From contig JAGCTF010000174.1 of the NCBI GenBank assembly GCA_017963755.1, positions 1-46,838 on the forward strand: 46,838 nucleotides of DNA, read 5' to 3'. The notes below the pieces were generated by a model. It saw only the letters and a program-made list of their open reading frames with translations, did not search any database and was not told the DNA's origin. Both the position numbers and the translations under genes were made by a program. Below are positions 1 through 7,481 of this stretch, piece after piece. Each line of letters starts with the position of its first letter. Position 1 is the first letter of the stretch. The stretch is from Clostridia bacterium. Lineage in GTDB: Bacteria; Bacillota; Clostridia; UBA1212; UBA1255.

Positions 1-53
1 AGAAGGAAAGCGATGACAAGCTAATCAAAGCCGGATTAGAGTCCGCGGCCAGG

Positions 54-581
54 ATGAAGGAAGCGGTATGTGATGAGACGTATAGAAACATAATGAGCGC
101 ATCTGCAATTGTCAATGATTCAGATATGGTCAGTGTTGTCAGCATCGAAAACGTTAACAAATATAAGGCTGTTTACAAAGTGTCGTTTGACCCCGAAAAG
201 GCTCTAGGAAACTTTTCTGATAGATTTGTAGACTATGATAAGCTTTCCGCAAATCTTCAGGAAAAGATCATCGCTCAGGTTTACGGTTCTATTCCATCTA
301 TGATCAATTTTAACAATGGAACATCTGCAACGGCGTTTGCCGCTTTATTTAACGACGGCGGAATCATAAAAGACGATTCTCTTAAAGAAAAAAGTATATT
401 AGTCTTCGTGTTCGAAAGCGGATATCCAGTATGGATTACCTACAGCCCTGTAGATAACGGTTTGGTTTCATACGTTTCAAACTGGATTATAGCCGACTGC
501 ACAAAAATAGATTCTGAAGAGTCTTTCATCAACGAACTCCATCTGAATAACATTACGACGCTGGAAGTGAAAAAAATATAA
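54..581 (+). CDS. hypothetical protein; the frame is open back to window position 3, so the gene may begin upstream of the window
   Basis: 175-aa ORF with ordinary amino-acid composition. No stop lies between nt 3 and the first ATG, and the RBS before ATG 54 is weak. I recognise no family motif. Confidence 0.5.
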   Translation: MKEAVCDETYRNIMSASAIVNDSDMVSVVSIENVNKYKAVYKVSFDPEKALGNFSDRFVDYDKLSANLQEKIIAQVYGSIPSMINFNNGTSATAFAALFNDGGIIKDDSLKEKSILVFVFESGYPVWITYSPVDNGLVSYVSNWIIADCTKIDSEESFINELHLNNITTLEVKKI

Positions 582-634
582 TAAACAAGCCCCATACGCT
601 AAATGTACGAATTGTTTGCTCGTTTATTTCCTGT

Positions 635-1360
635 ATGGCAAGGAAAGAACTTCTCGGCAAACTGGGATTTGATGAGGAGAAACTGAATACAATGTTTGAT
701 GTTGAAGAGTATATACAAAAGCTGATCGGCGAATGTAAAAACGCCTTCGCAGAACGATTGCTATATGTCGGACTGCAAGGCAGTTATATGCGAAATGAAG
801 CAAACGAAAAAAGTGACATAGACGTGATGCTCATCCTGGACGATTTTTCTATTGAGGACATGGACTTGTACCGGGAACTTCTGAAGAGGATCGGAAATGA
901 TGAAAAATCCTGCGGGTTCATTTGCGGCAGAGAAGAAATGAAGCGCTGGAATCCGCTAGAGGTCTACCAGCTGCGCCATACAACAAAAGATCTGTTCGGC
1001 ACGTTGAATGACTTTCTTCCGCATGCGTCAAGGGAAGATGAAATCAACTACGTAAAGCTGAGTCTTGGAAATCTGTACCACGAACTGTGCCATAGCTATA
1101 TTCATGCTGACACTGAGCATAATATTGAAGCATTTCGCGGCACATGCAAAAATGCATTTTTCCTGATCCAGAATCTGCATTTTTTGGAGTGCGGTTCTTT
1201 CGTGGTAAGAAAAAGAGAACTCGAGAAACAGGTTTCCGAAGATGATCGAATCATTCTCAGGCTGTCTGAATTACCTGAAGATTATGACTTTGATACTGCT
1301 TTTCGGCTTTTCTTTGGTTGGTGTCAGAGAGCATTCTGGCGGGCAGACCTGATTCGATAG
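635..1360 (+). CDS. nucleotidyltransferase-domain protein (Pol-beta superfamily, KNTase/ANT-like two-domain architecture); substrate unknown
   Basis: The N-terminal 'GLQGSYMRNEANEKSDIDVMLILDD' matches the G[SG]...D.D minimal nucleotidyltransferase signature. The ~241-aa length and helical C-terminal half resemble kanamycin/aminoglycoside/lincosamide nucleotidyltransferases. Confidence 0.7.
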   Translation: MARKELLGKLGFDEEKLNTMFDVEEYIQKLIGECKNAFAERLLYVGLQGSYMRNEANEKSDIDVMLILDDFSIEDMDLYRELLKRIGNDEKSCGFICGREEMKRWNPLEVYQLRHTTKDLFGTLNDFLPHASREDEINYVKLSLGNLYHELCHSYIHADTEHNIEAFRGTCKNAFFLIQNLHFLECGSFVVRKRELEKQVSEDDRIILRLSELPEDYDFDTAFRLFFGWCQRAFWRADLIR

Positions 1361-1521
1361 ACTTCGATATCGACCGGTTTCTCCAAACGTTTTGATTTCG
1401 CCAAAAACGCGTTGATTTACATGAAAAAATATGATAAATTTAAAATATACAGAGTCTGGGACAATGCGTATGTAAAAGACATTGTCCGATAACCAAAAAA
1501 GCAGCCGGTCAGGGAGGAGCT

Positions 1522-2964
1522 ATGTTTACTGTCAATTATAAAAATCTCACATTGTCCTTTAACGAATTTCACAATGTCTCGGATAAGGATATGCCGCAAT
1601 ACGGAGAATATTGCCTGCTTGAACTGAAGAACGGCGACTATACGGCCGGAGACTGGCATCCGCAAGATTACAAAAATAAAAAATCGACGTCCGGGACGTT
1701 CATCCGCGGGACCGCCGACTCAATAGACTCGGAAGAAGTGGAAAGATGGCACTCTCTTGAACGCTATGATCTGACCGAGTGCCTTGAAGATGAAGAAATC
1801 GACTGGATAAATCTCGGACCGAAAAAGGAAGGCAACCGGAACGCTCAGTTTAAGGGCTTCAAATCGTTTGCCGACAAAAAGAACCCGAAAGATGAACAGT
1901 TCTGTCTCCTTATCATGAATGACGGAAGTCTGGCGGCAGGCAGATGGAACAAGTGGCGGCACGAAGCCGGAGGAGCCTTTATTTATGCTCCGGCGCTTGC
2001 TAGCCACAGCTCGGATAAAGTATGGGCATGGACCCCGCTCAGTATCGATCGGTTCTTCGCGATGGAGTTAGAGCGGGAGAACGAGAAAAAGCGCGAAAAG
2101 AAAATGAATAAGAATCCTTCCGCAGATCCGGAACTGTTCAAATACGGGATGGACATCAAAGTGTATTATGAAAAGGCACTTGAAAAACTGCGCGAAGAGT
2201 TCAGCTGGGCAACTATCACAATGATGAAGAAACGCACTCCGGTCTGGCAGATCGCGCGTCTTCACGGAAAATATGTTTTCGGTCAGATCAGCAAAAGCTA
2301 TTATGACGATTCGGATATCGTTACTCCTTGGACTGAGGGCGCAACTGCGGACGAGTTCATCGATTTCCTTTGCAGATATACTCACGATACTGTAAAAAAC
2401 TCAAATCCTGAAGAGAAATTCAAGTTTGGAACAGACATAAATGTATATCTGGAAAAAGCTTTCAATAACGTGAAAAAGGATTATCGCTGGCTTGACAAAA
2501 AAATAATAAAGAATACGTGGCAGTACGATATTCAAAAGGTTGACGGTGACCTTGAATTCGTCAGAAGATACCGGAACGAAAACGATTTTTCTGTATTCAA
2601 CGTCGAGAGTGCTGAGCGTTTTATAGAGTGCGTGGAACACGACTATCAGAGCGCGGCGCTTCAGGCAAATATGATCGTAGCAAGCTATGAACCGCAGTTC
2701 GGACACATCGATCTGCACGGCTGGAATCTTGAAAGGTACATATTCTATAAGCTGATGTCGGGCGACTATAAAGTGAGCGTAACGGCAGGAAACCGTACGA
2801 CCGGAGGCAGCAGAGATTTTTTCATTACACCGTACTGCTTCGAAGCAAAGACGTATGAGGAATTTCTGGACCGCTATCTTGAGATAGTTCCGGACTACTC
2901 TTTCGGACTTGGTAAAAAAGAACTTCTGCCTAACGAGGATCTGAAAAAATTCCTCGGATATTGA
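1522..2964 (+). CDS. hypothetical protein composed of two different internal tandem duplications (the N-terminal pair is DUF551-like)
   Basis: 480-aa ORF preceded by a GGGAGGAG RBS 3-4 nt before the ATG. The internal repeats are visible in the translation (see the repeat features). No catalytic motif recognised. Confidence 0.75.
   Translation: MFTVNYKNLTLSFNEFHNVSDKDMPQYGEYCLLELKNGDYTAGDWHPQDYKNKKSTSGTFIRGTADSIDSEEVERWHSLERYDLTECLEDEEIDWINLGPKKEGNRNAQFKGFKSFADKKNPKDEQFCLLIMNDGSLAAGRWNKWRHEAGGAFIYAPALASHSSDKVWAWTPLSIDRFFAMELERENEKKREKKMNKNPSADPELFKYGMDIKVYYEKALEKLREEFSWATITMMKKRTPVWQIARLHGKYVFGQISKSYYDDSDIVTPWTEGATADEFIDFLCRYTHDTVKNSNPEEKFKFGTDINVYLEKAFNNVKKDYRWLDKKIIKNTWQYDIQKVDGDLEFVRRYRNENDFSVFNVESAERFIECVEHDYQSAALQANMIVASYEPQFGHIDLHGWNLERYIFYKLMSGDYKVSVTAGNRTTGGSRDFFITPYCFEAKTYEEFLDRYLEIVPDYSFGLGKKELLPNEDLKKFLGY
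1594..2043 (+). repeat. intragenic protein-level duplication: two ~55-aa modules
   Basis: Residues 25-80 'PQYGEYCLLELKNGDYTAGDW...GTFIRG...VERWHSL' align with residues 122-174 'PKDEQFCLLIMNDGSLAAGRW...GAFIYA...VWAWTPL'. The pattern (P..x.vLv..dG....a.W ... W.pL) resembles phage-associated DUF551 modules; that is my recollection of the family, not a search result. Confidence 0.55.
2128..2655 (+). repeat. intragenic protein-level duplication: two ~90-aa modules
   Basis: Residues 203-290 'PELFKYGMDIKVYYEKALEKLREEFSW...ADEFIDFLCRYTHD' align with residues 296-378 'PEEKFKFGTDINVYLEKAFNNVKKDYRW...AERFIECVEHDYQ'. Confidence 0.6.
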
Positions 2965-3033
2965 GAATGCGGATTTAAGATCTAAGATCAAGCCAACGTT
3001 TAAAACGCTCTAAAAAAATGGAGGCTGTTTAAT

Positions 3034-4173
3034 ATGAAAAACGGAAAACTGAAGGCGGTATTGGTCGGACTGGGCTTTGGCGGAGCTTTTGTGCCGATAT
3101 GGAACGATCATCCCGATGTATATGCTTTCGGCATCTGTGATCTGGATGCCGGACGTGCAGAAGAATTTAAAAAGAATTATCCGGATGTACAGATCTACAA
3201 TAACATTGACGATGTTCTTGCCGATGAAAGCGTTGACGCAGTACACCTTGTAACCTGTATACCGGACCATGCAAAGCAGACCGTTGCCGTCCTGAACGCC
3301 GGAAAGCACTGCGCCTGCACTGTTCCGATGGCGACTTCTCTTGAAGATATCCGTGCTATTTTCCAGGCAGTCCGAAAGTCCGGAAAAAAGTACATGATGA
3401 TGGAGACCACCCTTTACACCTACCATTATCTTTACGTCAGGCAGATGCATGAATCCGGTGAAATGGGAAGATTGCAGTTTATGAGGGGATCACACTATCA
3501 GGATATGGAAAACTGGCCCTGGTATTGGAACGGTCTGCCTCCATTCTGGTACGGGACTCACGCAATTGCCCCATTGATAGGCCTCTCCGGCAGCCGCGTT
3601 GACCGCGTTTCATGCCTCGGGTCCGGCACTATGCGCGCAGATCTGATGAAGACGTATGGTAATCCATTCCCGGTGGAGACCGCTCATCTGCATTTCGCAA
3701 ACGGCCTGGCCGCCGAAACGACCCGCTCTCTCTTTGAGACCGCACGCCTTTACAAAGAAGGACTTGCAGTGTTTGGCAGCCACAAGAGTTTTGAATGGGG
3801 TTTTGCTGATTGGGATAATCCTATCGTTACCACCATGGACAATGATGCCAACGTTCCGTACAGAGGTCTGCCGACACGCGCCGAAGTACTTGAGACTCCT
3901 AATTATTACGCTGACCTTCCGGAGGAACTCTGGAAGTACACCGTTGGCGGACAATACGACGCCACAAATCCGCAGGAGTCTTTGAAAAAGGGCGCCGGCG
4001 CGGGGCATCACGGTTCACATCCACACCTGGTCAACGAGTTTGTCCGCAGTATCATCGACGACCGCAGACCCTGGATCGACGAAATATTTGCCGCCAATAT
4101 CACCGCCGCCGGCATATGTGCGCATGAATCGGCTCTGCGCGACGGTGAGTGGGTTACTGTTCCCGAATTTTGA
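3034..4173 (+). CDS. Gfo/Idh/MocA family NAD(P)-dependent oxidoreductase
   Basis: N-terminal Rossmann segment 'KAVLVGLGFGGAFVPIW...GICDLDAGRAEEFKKNY', a ~380-aa length and a GGAGG RBS. Assignment is at family level only. Confidence 0.85.
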   Translation: MKNGKLKAVLVGLGFGGAFVPIWNDHPDVYAFGICDLDAGRAEEFKKNYPDVQIYNNIDDVLADESVDAVHLVTCIPDHAKQTVAVLNAGKHCACTVPMATSLEDIRAIFQAVRKSGKKYMMMETTLYTYHYLYVRQMHESGEMGRLQFMRGSHYQDMENWPWYWNGLPPFWYGTHAIAPLIGLSGSRVDRVSCLGSGTMRADLMKTYGNPFPVETAHLHFANGLAAETTRSLFETARLYKEGLAVFGSHKSFEWGFADWDNPIVTTMDNDANVPYRGLPTRAEVLETPNYYADLPEELWKYTVGGQYDATNPQESLKKGAGAGHHGSHPHLVNEFVRSIIDDRRPWIDEIFAANITAAGICAHESALRDGEWVTVPEF

Positions 4174-4226
4174 GCGTACCGGAAACGGGAAATTAATATG
4201 TGACAGAGAATAATGGAGGCGTATCA

Positions 4227-5612
4227 ATGTCTGTAATTGCCGCGTTTATGGTTCCGCACCCTCCTATGATCATTCCGGAGATCGGAAAAGGCACAGAAAA
4301 ACAAATTGAAGAAACGACGAGGGCGTACGAAAAAGTTGCCGCCGAAATTGCCGCGATCGCCCCCGATACGCTGATAATTACCAGTCCGCATTCGGTCATG
4401 TATTCGGATTATTTTCACATTTCTCCCGGAAGCAGAGCGACCGGATCGTTCAGACGTTTCCGGGCTTCAGGTGTAAGATTCTCCGAAAACTACGACACTT
4501 TGCTTGTGGACCGGATCTGCGAACTGGCGGATGCTGACAATTTCCCTGCGGGTACGCTGGGGGAGCAGGATCCGGAGCTTGACCACGGGACAATGGTGCC
4601 GCTGTGGTTTATACGTAAGAAATATGCCGGCGGCAACATCGTTAGGATCGGGCTTTCCGGGCTTCCGCTTTCGGATCATTACCGCCTTGGCCGGATAATT
4701 GCACGTGCTGCCGATGAGACAGGCAGGCGCACGGTATTGATCGCGAGCGGAGATCTTTCGCATAAACTTCAGGAATACGGTCCATACGGATTTGCAGAAG
4801 AAGGACCTGAATATGACAGGCGGATAATGGACGTGTGCGGCAGAGCCGCGTTCGGAGAATTGTTTGATTTCAGTGAGACTTTCTGCGATAAGGCTGCGGA
4901 ATGCGGCCACAGATCGTTCGTTATAATGGCAGGTGCATTTGACGGACTGCGCGTGAAGGCAGAATTACTTTCGCATCAGGACGTTACAGGCGTCGGATAC
5001 GGGATCTGTACTTTTTATCCTGAAGGAAAAGACGAAAAGAGGCAATTTCTAAAAGAGTATCTTGAAAAAGTTGAGCGCGAATGCCGCGAAAAAGCAGAAA
5101 GCAGCGATCCTTTCGTAAAACTCGCGAGATCTTCCGTGGAAGCGTGGGTAAGGCGCCGCTTGAAGATCAAGGTGCCCGAAGGACTTCCTGATGAATTGAC
5201 CGGCACTCGCGCCGGAGCATTCGTTTCGCTGCATAAAAACGGACAGTTAAGAGGCTGCATCGGGACGATATTGCCGACGCGAAAATGTTTAGCGGAGGAG
5301 ATCATCTATAACGCGATCAGCGCCTGCTCGCAGGATAACAGATTTTCGCCGGTAAGACCGGACGAACTTTCGACTCTGGAGATCAGCGTAGACGTCCTCG
5401 GCGAGCCGGAACCGGTAACATCTCCGGCCGAACTTGACGTAAAACGGTACGGAGTCATTGTCAGCTGCGGAATGAAACGCGGCCTGCTGCTTCCGAACCT
5501 GGAAGGCGTTGACACCGTGGAAGAGCAGATCGGTATCGCCAGGAGGAAGGGCGGGATCGGTGCTGACGAGCCTTATACTCTTCAGCGCTTTGAGGTCGTG
5601 CGGCATTATTGA
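4227..5612 (+). CDS. AmmeMemoRadiSam system fusion protein: N-terminal class-III extradiol dioxygenase/Memo-like (LigB-fold) domain fused to a C-terminal AMMECR1 domain (AmrA-type)
   Basis: The N-terminus 'MVPHPPMIIPEIG...ITSPH...ELDHGTMVPL...SGDLSH' is LigB/Memo-superfamily-like. The C-terminus carries the AMMECR1 signature 'GAFVSLHKNGQLRGCIGT' (nt ~5212-5265). I place the start at ATG 4227 (GGAGG at 4215-4219) rather than the GTG at 4200 in the ORF track. Confidence 0.85.
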   Translation: MSVIAAFMVPHPPMIIPEIGKGTEKQIEETTRAYEKVAAEIAAIAPDTLIITSPHSVMYSDYFHISPGSRATGSFRRFRASGVRFSENYDTLLVDRICELADADNFPAGTLGEQDPELDHGTMVPLWFIRKKYAGGNIVRIGLSGLPLSDHYRLGRIIARAADETGRRTVLIASGDLSHKLQEYGPYGFAEEGPEYDRRIMDVCGRAAFGELFDFSETFCDKAAECGHRSFVIMAGAFDGLRVKAELLSHQDVTGVGYGICTFYPEGKDEKRQFLKEYLEKVERECREKAESSDPFVKLARSSVEAWVRRRLKIKVPEGLPDELTGTRAGAFVSLHKNGQLRGCIGTILPTRKCLAEEIIYNAISACSQDNRFSPVRPDELSTLEISVDVLGEPEPVTSPAELDVKRYGVIVSCGMKRGLLLPNLEGVDTVEEQIGIARRKGGIGADEPYTLQRFEVVRHY

Positions 5613-5621
5613 GGGGCAATT

Positions 5622-6470
5622 ATGGCAGAATGCGGAGTATGCTTCAGGCATTGCAATATTGCGGACGGGAAGACAGGCTTTTGCGGCGCGCGGACGGCAA
5701 TGAACGGGACCGTTACTGCGCTGAATTACGGCAGGATAACTTCGCTTGCCCTCGATCCGATCGAGAAAAAACCGCTTGCCCGCTTTTTCCCAGGAAGCAT
5801 GATACTGTCTGCCGGCAGCTTCGGGTGCAATCTTCGCTGCCCGTTCTGCCAGAATTCGGATATTTCATGGTCGGAGAAAGCAGGGCGGTTTGCCGAGACC
5901 GCTGAAACAGTCAGCCCTGAAGAACTTGTCAGTCTGGCAATAAAAACACGGGCCCGCGGCAATATCGGGATCGCGTTTACGTACAACGAACCTCTGGTCG
6001 GATATGAGTTTGTCAGGGATACGGCGAGGCTTTCAAATGAAGCCGGACTTAAAAACGTGGTCGTTACAAACGGAACCGCCGAACTTTCCGTACTGGAGGA
6101 GATCATACCTTATATCGACGCGATGAACGTGGATCTGAAAGGATCTACGGAGCGCTATTACGGAAAAGTTTTGGGCGGGAACCTTCAGCAGGTGCTGTCG
6201 TTCATCGAATCGGCAGCGGGAAGATGCCACCTGGAATTGACAACGCTGATCGTTCCTGGAGAGAATGACAGCGACGCTGAGATGAGGGAAATTGCCCGCT
6301 TTGTGAGCGGACTTAAGAATCCTGAAGGTGATGAGGTTCCGCTGCATATCTCGCGATTTTTCCCGCGTTTTCATATGCAGGACAGAGACGCGACGCCGGT
6401 AAAAACGATCTATCATCTTGCTTCAGTCGCACGTGAGACGCTGAAATACGTTTATACCGGTAATTGCTGA
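5622..6470 (+). CDS. AmmeMemoRadiSam system radical SAM enzyme (AmrS-type, PFL-activase-like)
   Basis: N-terminal Cys cluster 'CGVCFRHCNIADGKTGFCGAR' and the radical SAM motif 'CNLRCPFCQN' (nt 5826-5855). It lies 9 nt downstream of the AMMECR1 fusion gene. Confidence 0.85.
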   Translation: MAECGVCFRHCNIADGKTGFCGARTAMNGTVTALNYGRITSLALDPIEKKPLARFFPGSMILSAGSFGCNLRCPFCQNSDISWSEKAGRFAETAETVSPEELVSLAIKTRARGNIGIAFTYNEPLVGYEFVRDTARLSNEAGLKNVVVTNGTAELSVLEEIIPYIDAMNVDLKGSTERYYGKVLGGNLQQVLSFIESAAGRCHLELTTLIVPGENDSDAEMREIARFVSGLKNPEGDEVPLHISRFFPRFHMQDRDATPVKTIYHLASVARETLKYVYTGNC

Positions 6471-6492
6471 GAAACGTACTCCCGCGTTGTGT

Positions 6493-7347
6493 TTACTCGT
6501 TGAGCCTGACATCCTGTTCCGCACCTGTTAAATGCCGTCTTAAAGCGGAAGGGGAATACCCGAAATGTTTTACAAAAGATTTGTAAAACACCGAATAATC
6601 GCTGAATCCGCTGCGTGCCGAGGCACTTTTTGCGCTTGCACCGTCGGACAGAAGATTATAAGCAAGGTCAAGCCTCTTTAATGTTATGTATTTCCAGACA
6701 GGTATCCCCAGAAACCGGCGAAACAGCTTGTTTATATATGAATTGCTGTAATGAAATTCGCGTTCTATGAACGAAAGATCCGAGATGTTGTCAAGATTTG
6801 CGCCTATATAGTCCGTAACGGAATTATACAGCTGCACTATTTCTTCGTACGCACTGTTTTTGCTAAGATCAACGCCCTTTTTTAACGTGGCATTGTGCGC
6901 GAGCTCGTACAGAACTGATCTGATATACGTAAAATACATATTGACGTCAGTCTCCGCGCGCTCGTCGCAGATCCTCCGCATATTGGCACTGACAGCGGGC
7001 AGTACGTTTTCTTTAAACGTAAACGCGGCACCGGTATTTTTACCGTATGTTTTTGATATATCATCAAGGAGCGTGTCAAGGTGTGCCTCTTCACAGACTC
7101 TCGGTATGAACTGAGCGGCGAGAAATTCAACAGGCCCTCCGTCAGTCAGCAGTGCGTGTACTTCGTTTTCAAACACGAGAACAGTATCGCCGGGGAGGAG
7201 TGCATATTCGGCATCGGAGATAAGCATCCTGCAATTGCCTTTAATAAGCATAAGAATTTCGTGCGAACAGTGCCGGTGCACAGGATAGCTGTTTTCGTTA
7301 CTTGTCAGTTCGTTTTTATGTACAGTATAAAGCCCGATCAGTTCCAT
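6493..7347 (-). CDS. AraC family transcriptional regulator (cupin sensor domain plus AraC-type HTH)
   Basis: N-terminal cupin-like 'HRHCSHEILMLIKG...GDTVLVFENEVHAL'. C-terminal double HTH 'INKLFRRFLGIPVWKYITLKRL...SGFSDYSVFYKSFVKHFGYSPSALRR'. It is divergent from the glycosidase genes. Confidence 0.9.
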   Translation of the reverse strand: MELIGLYTVHKNELTSNENSYPVHRHCSHEILMLIKGNCRMLISDAEYALLPGDTVLVFENEVHALLTDGGPVEFLAAQFIPRVCEEAHLDTLLDDISKTYGKNTGAAFTFKENVLPAVSANMRRICDERAETDVNMYFTYIRSVLYELAHNATLKKGVDLSKNSAYEEIVQLYNSVTDYIGANLDNISDLSFIEREFHYSNSYINKLFRRFLGIPVWKYITLKRLDLAYNLLSDGASAKSASARSGFSDYSVFYKSFVKHFGYSPSALRRHLTGAEQDVRLNE

Positions 7348-7391
7348 AATGCATTGCCTCCTGGCACATTATACTATAAATTGTCCTTTAA

Positions 7392-7481
7392 TTGCAATCT
7401 GTCTTCTCCTTTTTGCTATTGTTTTTGCAATGGTTCGGCGCTAAAATGAACTTGAATAATATCGTGGAGGAGTATTGCAAT
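7392..7481. promoter_or_regulatory. repeated TTGCAAT heptamers in the araC/glycosidase divergent intergenic region (candidate AraC half-sites)
   Basis: TTGCAAT occurs at 7392-7398, 7425-7431 and 7475-7481, plus TTGCTAT at 7413-7419. The first two exact copies are 33 nt apart (about 3 helical turns). There is no binding evidence, and the pattern could be chance in AT-rich DNA. Confidence 0.2.

Noticed and set aside
635-1360. Interpreting the nucleotidyltransferase as the MNT half of an MNT/HEPN toxin-antitoxin or defence pair
   Set aside because: At 241 aa it is far longer than MNT antitoxins. I found no Rx4-6H HEPN motif in it or in the neighbouring gene, and the neighbour (480 aa, repeat-built) does not look like a HEPN toxin.
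3034-4173. Calling the stand-alone Gfo/Idh/MocA protein an NAD-dependent glycosidase (GH109-like), on the basis of its His/Gly-rich 'GAGAGHHGSHPHLVNEF' segment
   Set aside because: I cannot verify from memory that this segment corresponds to the GH109 signature. Without an HMM search, the family-level oxidoreductase call is all the sequence supports.
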